Source: Octopus bimaculoides
Lineage: Eukaryota
Length of the DNA stretch: 64,000 nt
Direction of reading: 5' to 3'
NCBI RefSeq assembly: GCF_001194135.2
Contig: NC_069000.1
Coordinates: forward strand, 2,362,613-2,426,612
A program made the position numbers and the translations under genes. The first letter of the stretch is position 1. Each line of letters opens with the position of its first letter. Below the pieces are notes generated by a model. The model was not told the origin of the DNA, did not search any database, and worked only from the letters and a program-made list of their open reading frames with translations. Below are positions 22,676 through 34,417 of this stretch, piece by piece.

Positions 22676-23914
22676 GGTTAATAACAGTCTCTCATGGTCT
22701 GGTTCATATTGCGACACAAGTCATGAGCTACAGAGCAAAAATAAGGAAAATAAAGATCAACAGATGTTCCTATGCGCATTTCACTATTGTGGTGATTTGG
22801 AACACTGCGATGGAGATTTGAATTTGAATTTAGAGGCTCAACCACAAGCATCTGTATACACATGGATCTTCCATCGCAGGGTTCCAAACAGCAATAAAAG
22901 TGAAATAGAAGTTAAATGAAAATTTACAATACATAAGTGTAACCGTTAAACAATAACTTATTATAATTTAGCGAAAATTTTAGTATACAATTTATTCAAT
23001 ATTTTATCTGATTTAGCGTTCTTTGAGAAAGCGATCCATCATAATAATGAAGATTTAAATCTCAGTAGTTTGAAATATATTTATGGCATAAGCAACATTA
23101 ATTGGGTCCCAAAATTAGGAAGAAAAGCATTTCGGTTTACTGCAGCGATTAAATTTTATGTGTTTACAGATATCGCTAAAATTAATTCATTAGATAAACT
23201 ACACTTCGAAAAAAATTGAAAATATTTAATAGAAAAAAGTATTAAATTAACTTTCAGTTTCACATTGCAAAAATCGTTAAACTGCGAACTATGACCAATT
23301 CTTCATGTACATTAAACAATTTCTGTCTAAATCGATATTTCATTGCCTGAAAGTATTTATAACTAACTTTTCAGGTTCTATGTGTTATATTAGCTTGTCC
23401 AAAAATACATTTAAGTTAATATTTAATCAACATAAATCTATATTGAGAAATCCTGAATGATTACCTGACACAAATTTGTCGAAATACATCTGCAGTTTAT
23501 AAATTATTATTAGGAACTATCAAATCATTTGAGTGTATTAGAATATGCCAAAACATATAGTAAAATTCGTAGTAGTTGTATTTCCCGAAAGATCAACAGT
23601 GTTATATAAGATTCCTATTTTAAACCGTCATTAGCATCTAATTTAGCTCTGTGGTAATAAATCAATGTTTTGAAATATGTGAAAATGTCTGCCGATTACA
23701 TAATGGAGAACCTTTAATTTTATAGTTATTGTCTCTTTACGATATTGCTTTGTATTAGCGTTCATCTCGTTGAATCATTTCTGAATTTTGTATATAATTA
23801 CATTACCTCATTGACTCGCAGACGGGAATTCTGAAATGAGGTTTCTTCAGATAAAACTTATACGTTTTTCTTCTTTTCTACAATCCTTCCTCAGTTATCT
23901 TCTATACAGGTCTT

Positions 23915-23946
23915 CTGATGAAGGAGTAACGTCCGAAAAGTGAAGT
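23915..23946 (+). ncRNA. Minimal type-I hammerhead ribozyme-like motif (Penelope type, probably decayed)
   Basis: CTGATGA-a-GGA gtaacg TCC-GAAA is present. The flanking stem I/III pairing is poor. Confidence 0.45.
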
Positions 23947-24060
23947 CTCTTTCTCTTCCTTTTTATGAATTCAACTAATACGATACTAGCTAAAATGAGT
24001 CCCTGCCAAGTTATGTCTGCATTTGTTCACTTGTTCATTGCCTTCACAATACATATATGT

Positions 24061-24107
<47 letters not shown>

Positions 24108-25094
24108 CGTGTAAGTATATGAATATGAATGTATATATAAATATACACACTAAACACCCGCGCACATATACACAAGCACATACACACAAACAAACACACA
24201 CGCACACACACGTATACACAACGGAGGCGGTCGGAAAGCCCCAATGGGAAAAGAATCTATGGTAACATGAAGTGAAATGTGTAGAAATCTCTTTAACGTA
24301 GATAAATACAAATTACAGAATTATATTCACCTGCTTATAATACATTTACATATATTTGTTTTACAATTACCTCAATGGCATTTATATATAGACAATTAAA
24401 TTAGTCTGATAATTAGTATCGAAATGATATTCTAATAATGGGATTCCAGTAGTATAATAATGCTGTTCATATTCAATGCAGATATTTTAAAAATAGAATT
24501 GCACAAATAAATTAAACGCCACTTTATACAATCGGCATAAATAATGTTGTGGAAATTAAAATTTATTGGTGAAACTTAGTGGGAATTGATAATTTCATTT
24601 TGGTACAAATCAGTTTTGAAGTTACTTCAACAAACTTTCATATTAATTTAACTTTACCTTCGAATTGCGGAGGTATATTTGAATAGAAAGTTCTGTTCAA
24701 AGTTCTTTGTATGTTGTTGCAAAGAATAAAGTTGTGTAACCGAAAGCTGTATGAATTGTACAACTCAAATCTACAACTTTGAGTGTGTTTCAAGAACGTC
24801 TCGTGATAATAGCTTAAGCTCCGATGGCGCACAAAAGTGAATGCTGTACGCGTTCATATTTTTTCAGTTGGTTTAGCTTTTGGGAACTGTCTGACTAGAA
24901 ATAAACATCTATATTGAAATACCGTGCTGTTGTGAATACTGTAGCTGCACAGTAGCTATGAGGTTTTGTCTGTATGTTTAGAAGACAGACAAAAGTAGGG
25001 GATACCAAATTGAGATGTTTGCTTTGCAACATTAGTTACAACAAAGCAACGAGCTGCCAGGAGCACGCCGGACAAAATTCTTGCCGGAATTTCA

Positions 25095-25185
25095 ATCATC
25101 TTTACCATCTCAAGTTCGATTTGCACCGAGATCGAATTTCATTTTCATCCTTTCTGAAGTCGATAAAGTAAGTACCAGCCGAGCA
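25095..25185 (+). mobile_element. SINE family B fragment
   Basis: ttttcatcctttctgaagtcgataaagtaagtaccag. Confidence 0.6.
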
Positions 25186-25521
25186 CTATATATATATATA
25201 TAAACTCACATATGTATACATACACCCATACGCGCGCGCACAACCACCCATATATTAGCTTGCTCTCCTTAATTATACTATTTTTAAATACATATATACA
25301 TTATATTTTTTCTTGATCTGTAATCCCATGATCTACACGCATTTACTTTCGCTCTTCGGATTTCGCGTAGTGTTTATTGTGTATGAGTTCCCTCATTGCC
25401 CCTAATTTTACTTGAATTATGCGACTGATTTCCATTCCAACGTTTACACTGAATTATTCGTAGCTACTTTGCAGAATATCCCTTAAAATATGCCAGTGCA
25501 TTTCCAAGAAAGATCTCATAC

Positions 25522-25610
25522 GTAGTCTCGCGTGCACCACCATTGTTCTCTTTGGAGTCTCGGTGCATTTCAGATCGTCCATCATCAAACAGTTTTACTG
25601 ACTTAACCAG
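25522..25610 (-). CDS. Candidate 89-nt exon (LVKSVKLFDDGRSEMHRDSKENNGGARET), unidentified
   Basis: GC-richer open segment with donor |gtatga and a weak acceptor acactag|. Confidence 0.18.
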
Positions 25611-26384
25611 CTAGTGTTGATCAAGTCCCAGCTTTCAAACCAGCAGCAACAAACGGACACCCTGTCCTCATTTTATAAACCATTAAGCAGTTATATTTAT
25701 ATGTCGTTTCTTGGAATGCATGTTCTTCCCACAATTTTGTTGCATCAGGGATCAAACTACAAATCCTAGAATCCTATGCTGCTTTAGGCGTTCTTCCTTC
25801 CTTCCACCATCTATCCTAATACCAATCCATCCATGCACACATATAATCAGGCAGAAAGGTACGCATGCGCGCGTATATAAAGTTCTCTGCGCGTGTAGAT
25901 AGTTTTAGATTAATTCAAGTGTCTACAATATTTAGCATACACTTTAAACGCGACCTAACACTTTTGATCTGAATGTGAAAATAATTTCTTGGAAAATGTA
26001 TCGAATTAAAAAAATGAAATAGAAAGTGAATTTTTTTTTTTTTTGAAAACAGGAAAATTGTGAAATACATCATAGATGAAAAATGCAGAGTAAAGTGATA
26101 AAAAGTAGTTAAAGTCTTTGACAGATAGTAATTATACAGATTTGACCAGAAAAACTGTGGAAAGTAGAAAAAAGTCCAATAAAACCTATAATCATACAAA
26201 AAGAAAATACAAATTAAAATGGTGATACAGTAGAAGTGTCAGTGTAGAAGATATAGAAAACGTGATGGAGATGAAGGTAGCACATCACTACTAACCGTAG
26301 GAAAATTGATATAACAGCTTAAGACAACTAAATGTTTCCCACAGAGACAGACACTTCGATGTATGCTTCAACATGATACTGAAA

Positions 26385-26500
26385 TATAAGGCGGCGAGCT
26401 GGTAGAACAATTAGCGTGCCGGACAAAATGCTTAGCGGTATTTCATCCCTCTTTACGTTCTGAGTTCAAATTTCGCCGCTGTCTACTTTAACATTTCGGG
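26385..26500 (+). mobile_element. SINE family B, 5' portion
   Basis: ggcggcgagctggtagaac..ttagcgtgccggacaaaatgcttagcggtattt..gttctgagttcaaat (A- and B-box-like). Confidence 0.8.
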
Positions 26501-26624
26501 TTTTGTTCCTAGAAGTTGAAACGATATGATAATATAATATTTTACTCCAACGCATAGCATTTATATGTTTCTCCAAACAGGAAGTTTTGGCTTCATTCCC
26601 GTTGTACAAAACATTGGAAAAGTG

Positions 26625-26765
26625 CTTATAGCTGTGGCCCGGTCGAATGAATAGCTCATGAGTGAATTCGGTAGACAGAAACTGTGTGGAATCACGTCGT
26701 ATATATATATGCATATATATACATTTATATGTATGTGTGTGTGTGTGTGTGTGTGTTTGTCCCCT
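26625..26765 (+). mobile_element. SINE family A central fragment
   Basis: ccggtcgaatgaatagctcatgagtgaattcggtagacagaaactg followed by the internal microsatellite and tgtttgtcccc. Confidence 0.6.
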
Positions 26766-26881
26766 CCTTTAATTAAGCTTGTTTCCGCTGTTGATGGTTA
26801 AGTATTTCATTCGAATAATTCTTTTTATACTCTTTACAAAAATTATATATATTTATCTGGTTATCTATATGTTGTCGTTTG

Positions 26882-27180
26882 TTCTTACTCGAGCCAAGCC
26901 TAGCTCATAAGGCCCGGTTTTCCGCTTTCATTGGCGTATAAGTTCCCCACCTGGACCGGATTCCGGCCCGCTGCAGGTGAGCTGCTAGATGCAGGAGGAA
27001 ACACTACGCGAAATTTGTGGCAAGAAAGTCAGCAGAGGTTCGTCATTACCTTTTACCGGTGCCACGTGGAGCTTAGGTGCTTCGCTCATAAACACACACA
27101 CATCACCCGGACTGAGATTCGAACCCGCGATCCTTCGACCGCCAGCACGCTGCCCTGACCACTAGGCATGTGCCTCCACG
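26882..27180 (-). mobile_element. Full-length tRNA-derived SINE (family D)
   Basis: Minus-strand head gtggaggcacatgcctagtggtcagggcagc..gcgggttcgaatctc, a GC-rich body, and a distinct 3' tail. Confidence 0.85.
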
Positions 27181-28544
27181 GTTATTATATACATATATTA
27201 AAATACTTTTATAAAAACAACGTAGGTTCTGAATATTACATTTCAAAGATCAGTAAACGGCTGATCCCAAATAACCTGTAACATTGGCAGTGAACTTTCG
27301 TACGCGTGTGAACGTGAGCATACGTGAGTGTATGTGTGTGTATGTATTCGTACACATATGTGTGTGTGAGGGCGGGCATATGTATTTCTATATAGTATTT
27401 TGTAGTTTTGTTTTCACTGTACATCGATAAATCAAGTTCCTCACCGTGTTATTTAATTCTTCAATCTATTTCTACCTGCCCGCGCACAAACAGACACACA
27501 CGCGCGCGCGCGCGCAAGCAGACATATAAAATCTCGGACCCAAACGCACATTTTCGCTTAAATTTTGAATACCAAATTTAATCCGGGAAATTTGATGTGG
27601 TCATAAAATTGTAAAACTGATGTATTCATTCATAGAAGTTTTCCGGAGAATATGTGTGCAAGTGCGTGTATATGTTTGTGTGTGTGTGTGTGTGTGTGTG
27701 TGCGTAATATATATGTATGCATGCTTGATTGTATGCGTATAAATATATCTATATTTATATATATGTTTATATATACCTGTATAATTATGCGTATATTTAT
27801 GTGCATACAGATATATATATATATATATATATATANNNNNNNNNNNNNNNNNNNNNNNNNNNNNNNNNNNNNNNNNNNNNNNNNNNNNNNNNNNNNNNNN
27901 NNNNNNNNNNNNNNNNNNNNNNNNNNNNNNNNNNNNNNNNNNNNNNNNNNNNNNNNNNNNNNNNNNNNNNNNNNNNNNNNNNTATATATATGACCAGACG
28001 CACAACCACGCACAAAAACGCACACATATACGCACACGCACACGCGCACACAGACAAATACACAGACACAGACTCAAACACACACACATACCAAGATTTC
28101 GCACGACTGCCTTCATACGTGACACAACCAATTAACTTTAAGTCGTTCAAAGACTCTTAAATAAATACAGAAACTTATGTGCAACCGCAGTGTATGGACT
28201 ACACGTGATTTACAATAAACACATGCAATTTTCCATTGTGCTTGTATAAAAGACTATATTATATGATTGATCAATTCTACAGCCCGCTTTTGATTATCTT
28301 CCGACAATTTGACCTATCCACCTAAAGACCAATTCCAATAAAACTTATAAATACTAGTTATTTATTTTTCAATTTAATATTAAGGAGCAATAATTCACGC
28401 GAAAAATAATTCATGAAAAATAATATACAAATATATTATTGACTCTGTTATTATCTAGTGTAACAATTTAAAAATGATTATAGCACAATCAATAATATAG
28501 GCGATTGCAGGCCACCGCAATATATATATATATATATATATATA

Positions 28545-28698
28545 TGACGGGCTTCTTTCAGTTTCCCTCTGCCAAATTCACTCACAAGGCTTTGGTCGGC
28601 CCGAGGTTATAGTAGAAGATACTTCCCCAAGGTGCCACGCAGTGGGACCTAACCCGGAACCATATGGTTGGTAAGCAAGCTACTTACTCTACAGCCAC
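28545..28698 (-). mobile_element. SINE family A, 5' half ending at its internal (TA)n
   Basis: Reverse complement of 20057-20220 at high identity. Confidence 0.9.
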
Positions 28699-28859
28699 TA
28701 TCTGAACAGAAAAACATGGCTGTCATTTGCAACCGGGTATACCCTGTTAGTTTCTACCAGGATTTAGATAATTGCTTCATGAATTTACGTAGGTGCAAGT
28801 TGATGTGGTTACAATTCCGACGCCCCTACAAGCTACCCGACAAAACATTTAGGATGTGA

Positions 28860-29030
28860 CAGGGGAAGGAAGAGAGCTCTCTCCTTACACTATCCTGGTG
28901 CTCACTTTCAACTAAATTGATTTGAATAACATAAAATGAAGTGATTTGATCGAGAACAAAACATGCTACGAGATCCAGAATCCGAATGTGAGTCGAGAGG
29001 TTCAGATATAACCACCAGGCCGCGCGTTTT
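28860..29030 (-). mobile_element. Decayed family C-like SINE 5' half
   Basis: aaatgaagtgatttgatcgagaacaaaac resembles aaataaagtgtcttgctcaaggacacaac at 41325. A decayed head lies near 29020. Confidence 0.5.
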
Positions 29031-29859
29031 TACAAGATGCATCTACAAGTACATTAACCAATTCCTCATTTTTAAAATCTAAAACGAATGAGAGATTATT
29101 CTTTTTGTTATTTCTAGCAATTGTCGTGGACAGGCTGAGGCTGCCTCACACCATCAAGAAACCCAAGTAGCCCTACTGAACCGATAATGTGGGATTATGT
29201 TAAAAGACATTAACTTAAGTGTTCTAATTTCTCTAATATTACTTTGAAAATTGCTGGGTCTCATCTCAATATACTGGTTTCTTTACAATAGATGTGAGGG
29301 AAACAGGGTCAAATACGGTGAGACACTTAGTAATATATATGCTGAACATGACTTCAGATATACTAGCATATTCAATTGAACACTCAAATTAAACACTTGA
29401 TATATTGTTTTTGATGTTGGTGTTTCTTTTTTTGATCCTACATCAATCGTATTCAAGCACACACACGATGATACAGCTTCCAGCAGCGAACATTCCGTCT
29501 TTTCAAGCATATCTTCAATTCCATTATCTTCAATTCCATTATCTAATTTACTTTCCCATTTGTTTAAAATGCTAGGCTGTGATTTCAGGGAAATTTGATT
29601 ACTGTGTCTCGTAGACAGGACAGGGTTGGAGTGGGGCTTACTAAAGAGGGGTTTCAGTAAGGCACTGATCTTAAGAGCAGAGTGCTAGGTGCATTGCTAT
29701 CAAAACACCTTCAATACTTATATACATTCGCACTAATACGTATATACATAGGTACTGATACCTGCATGCGTATATACAGAAATACATGCATAGAAACATA
29801 TATAATACTTGTTGAAAATGGTTATCTTTGAATCTAGACACACATACACACACACACGC

Positions 29860-29902
29860 GCATGCTCACACATACACATACACACGCACGCACGCACGCA
29901 CG

Positions 29903-29942
<40 letters not shown>

Positions 29943-30690
29943 NNNNNNNNNNNNNNNNNNNNNNNNNNNNNNNNNNNNNNNNNNNNNNNNNNNNNNNNNN
30001 NNNNNNNNNNNNNNNNNNNNNNNNNNNNNNNNNNNNNNNNNNNNNNNNNNNNNNNNNNNNNNNNNNNNNNNNNNNNNNNNNNNNNNNNNNNNNNNNNNNN
30101 NNNNNNNNNNNNNNNNNNNNNNNNNNNNNNNNNNNNNNNNNNNNNNNNNNNNNNNNNNNNNNNNNNNNNNNNNNNNNNNNNNNNNNNNNNNNNNNNNNNN
30201 NNNNNNNNNNNNNNNNNNNNNNNNNNNNNNNNNNNNNNNNNNNNNNNNNNNNNNNNNNNNNNNNNNNNNNNNNNNNNNNNNNNNNNNNNNNNNNNNNNNN
30301 NNNNNNNNNNNNNNNNNNNNNNNNNNNNNNNNNNNNNNNNNNNNNNNNNNNNNNNNNNNNNNNNNNNNNNNNNNNNNNNNNNNNNNNNNNNNNNNNNNNN
30401 NNNNNNNNNNNNNNNNNNNNNNNNNNNNNNNNNNNNNNNNNNNNNNNNNNNNNNNNNNNNNNNNNNNNNNNNNNNNNNNNNNNNNNNNNNNNNNNNNNNN
30501 NNNNNNNNNNNNNNNNNNNNNNNNNNNNNNNNNNNNNNNNNNNNNNNNNNNNNNNNNNNNNNNNNNNNNNNNNNNNNNNNNNNNNNNNNNNNNNNNNNNN
30601 NNNNNNNNNNNNNNNNNNNNNNNNNNNNNNNNNNNNNNNNNNNNNNNNNNTATACATACATACATATATACTTATATATATAGAGAGAGA
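29860..30690. repeat. (CA)n-flanked N gap (29943-30650)
   Basis: Seen directly. Confidence 0.9.
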
Positions 30691-31639
30691 GACACACACG
30701 CACACTATTTAGCTACCACCATTTACATTTTCCTCTGCTTACTTATTTAGTTATCTCTATAAATACTTATCTACCTCTAGATATGTATCTCCATTTCTCT
30801 ATTGTCTTCTTTTTCTGGCTCTCTCTTTCTCTCTATATTCCCATATGTGTGTGTGTGTATGTACGCGCGTGTATGTGTGTGCCTGCGTGTGTCTGTATGT
30901 ATGCGCGTGTATGTGTGAGCCTGCGTGTGTGTGTCTGTGTGCGCGTGTATGTGTATTCACTAGTGACTCAATAAAATGTCAAATGGCAAAGGAATGGAAA
31001 ATTGCAAGTCGAATAAAGCTGCTTATCGATTTAGAAAAGGGATTAATTTTAAAGCAAAACAGATGACCACTTATGAGAATGGCGTCATTCACACTATAGA
31101 TAACTTTTCACCGAATTGTTCACTTCGCTCCATGCCAGTCGCAGTAGATTCATATACAAAGCAAATTTTCTCTTCACTTTTTCGTTGTTTTTCTTTTCTA
31201 AAATTGAAAACAAATACAAATAGCAAAGAAAAGTATATCACCATTGTAGATTCAGACCTGCATTATTTAGTATTGATTCAAGTGGCTTAAGAGATCGGTG
31301 AGGTCACTGTAATAATCATACTCTGCAGTTTACATTACTCCAGGAGATTTTAAAATTCTTTCTTCAATATCATCGGTGATTTTGCATTTCATTTTGTATA
31401 AAACGATTGTAAAAAGAAAAAAGAAAGAAAGAAATGCTGAAAAGGTGAAAAAAAAAGTAAAGAATCTAAAATAGAAATTCAATGAAATAAATGGCGAAGA
31501 AAATATTCTAAAGTTTCAGAAAGTTTCAGTTGAAGAACAAAAAAAAAGAACTGTCCAAAAATATATAAAATATAAAAAAGAGTAAATGTATGTAGATGTC
31601 ATATATTTACGTATGTGTATATATTTTTTGTGTGTGTCT

Positions 31640-31673
31640 ATACATAGACACACGCACACATACACATACAAAC

Positions 31674-31753
<80 letters not shown>

Positions 31754-32305
31754 GTATACATACATATACATATATAAATACATACATAATATATTTGTGT
31801 ATGCGAATATATATATATANNNNNNNNNNNNNNNNNNNNNNNNNNNNNNNNNNNNNNNNNNNNNNNNNNNNNNNNNNNNNNNNNNNNNNNNNNNNNNNNN
31901 NNNNNNNNNNNNNNNNNNNNNNNNNNNNNNNNNNNNNNNNNNNNNNNNNNNNNNNNNNNNNNNNNNNNNNNNNNNNNNNNNNNNNNNNNNNNNNNNNNNN
32001 NNNNNNNNNNNNNNNNNNNNNNNNNNNNNNNNNNNNNNNNNNNNNNNNNNNNNNNNNNNNNNNNNNNNNNNNNNNNNNNNNNNNNNNNNNNNNNNNNNNN
32101 NNNNNNNNNNNNNNNNNNNNNNNNNNNNNNNNNNNNNNNNNNNNNNNNNNNNNNNNNNNNNNNNNNNNNNNNNNNNNNNNNNNNNNNNNNNNNNNNNNNN
32201 NNNNNNNNNNNNNNNNNNNNNNNNNNNNNNNNNNNNNNNNNNNNNNNNNNNNNNNNNNNNNNNNNNNNNNNNNNNNNNNNNTATATATATATATATATAT
32301 ATATT
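31640..32305. repeat. (CA)n/(TA)n compound microsatellite with N gap (31820-32281)
   Basis: Seen directly. Confidence 0.9.
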
Positions 32306-33229
32306 TTTATTTATACATACCAGCGTGAAAGTGCAGAGTAGGTAAAAAGAAAGAAATTCAAGAAAGAATTGATAAATAAATGCACGAATAAGTAAATAAA
32401 TAATTACACGTAAAGACAGAAAAATGTCGCACTTGCAGTGTTTATGGACTTCACTAAGCAATCTATAAAGAATAGGAAATATTTGAGTAATTCCTTCAAT
32501 GTGTATGTGTCTGCGAGTGTGAGTGTGTGTCCGAGAGTAATTATGGGGGGGATCTGTGTTCATGTATGAATGTGTCTGCACGTGTTAAGCATGCGTGAGT
32601 GCCATATACGTATCTAAATCGAAAATTACTTCTTACCTCATAAGTAAGCGCAACGGTTGGTTGACAAAGAGTAAAAGAGAAAAAAAAAACCAAACAAATA
32701 CAAAACAAAAAAAAAACTAGCCAAATCACAGAAATAAACAAAAGATAGTAATGAAAAATAATAATATGATAAAATGAATTATAAAAACAATGTCTAAACT
32801 GACAGAAAAAATAAAATAAAACAAAAACAAAATTTTATTTATTGTTAACGTAGCAAGTGAATGCATTTAAATGTGTTTTAAATGTAATCTGATTAACTTT
32901 CATATATTGTGTCATATATTTTTTATTATATTATGTTATTTAGAGTTCAGCTTCTATTAACTTGGTAACAGGGCAGTAGAAATGAAGGTAATATTGGTGT
33001 TTTAGTTCTTTTCCTTCTATGTCCCTTTCTTTTTTTTGTATATTTTTAGCAACATGAAAATAGAGAGAAGTAGAAATATAAGAACGGGATAGAAAAACAA
33101 AATTGCTAACAACGTGAACGATTTATCGCAAAACAGGAAAGAAATAAACTTACGGTGATTCCTAAATCGCGAAAGAAATCAAGTTAAGAAATAAAGACGC
33201 ATATTAAGTAAATAGGAACTAAGACCATT

Positions 33230-33280
<51 letters not shown>

Positions 33281-33658
33281 GTGTATGTGTGTATATATTG
33301 GTTTTGGTGATGCAAAAAGGAAAATAGAAGTGGAAGCACGAACATAATGCTCGTTTCTTATTAATAATCGTCGATAGAAGTAACTGAGTAACCGAAGGAC
33401 CGTGGATTTCGTACACAATACGCTCGCCCTTAAGTCACTCTGAAACTCTGCCAATTATTAATAACGATATATATGCGTGTACGTGTGTGCGTGTGAGGTA
33501 TATCTATATCTATACACATTTATGTATGTATGGATATGGTGAGTTTGCGCTGAAATCTATTGACTTTTTCTTTCGTATGTATGCCAAGAACTCACGTTAA
33601 TAAGTGTAAACATCCACGCATACAAATTTCTTTCAACATGCATATGCACACACACACA

Positions 33659-33697
<39 letters not shown>

Positions 33698-34318
33698 ACA
33701 CATGTACATACATACATGTATACGTGCATGCACATACATACACTTAGCGAAAAGAGCTTTGATCCGCTCGAATACTCCGAAAGGTGCTCGAAAAATAAGA
33801 GGTAGTGAACAGCTGACACCGTGGTACATCCCCAGCGTTAAAAGCTGTGCAAAGATAACAAAATGATAATAATAATATTATTATAACTGATCACAATAGT
33901 AATCTTGTAGGTGTGTATATGATTTGACTTCATTTATACATATTCTGTTGTTACTAAATCGTTATTCGTTCGAAAGCTTTTACTATTATAATTGACTGTT
34001 GATAAATCACAGCTACAGAGGTGAAATAGCAAGCAATCTATCGGTTAGTCAATTAATAAATGTAAAAAAAGATCCGCAATAAGATGGTAGATTCTGATTT
34101 TCACCTCATTATGTTTTATATAAAACATTCTGTATTCGTAATTGTTTTTTTTTTATCGGATCATGGATAATAACAAATCAACCTAAACGACAACAGAACT
34201 AATATGTGATGGCAGCGAATGGCAGACAATAATTATTTAGAATGTGATGTTTTATTTTATCCTTTGGGAGGGTGTAGTTTGCATACACTTATATACATAT
34301 ATACATGTATATATATAT

Positions 34319-34320
<2 letters not shown>

Positions 34321-34366
<46 letters not shown>

Positions 34367-34417
34367 ATTCACAAAGAACAAAAGACGAAGGCAGGTGATG
34401 TAGGAAATAAACAGATG
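34321..34417 (-). mobile_element. (GA)n plus a second copy of the 19092-19213 element end
   Basis: ggagaattcacaaagaacaaaagacgaaggcaggtgatgtaggaaataaacagatg aligns with 19093-19150. Confidence 0.7.

Noticed and set aside
30976-31290. 104-aa ORF
   Set aside because: No motif, within the chance length range.
15898-32581. Longest ORFs in the track (177-324 aa)
   Set aside because: They consist of N runs (X) and translated microsatellites (YI, HT, CV repeats).
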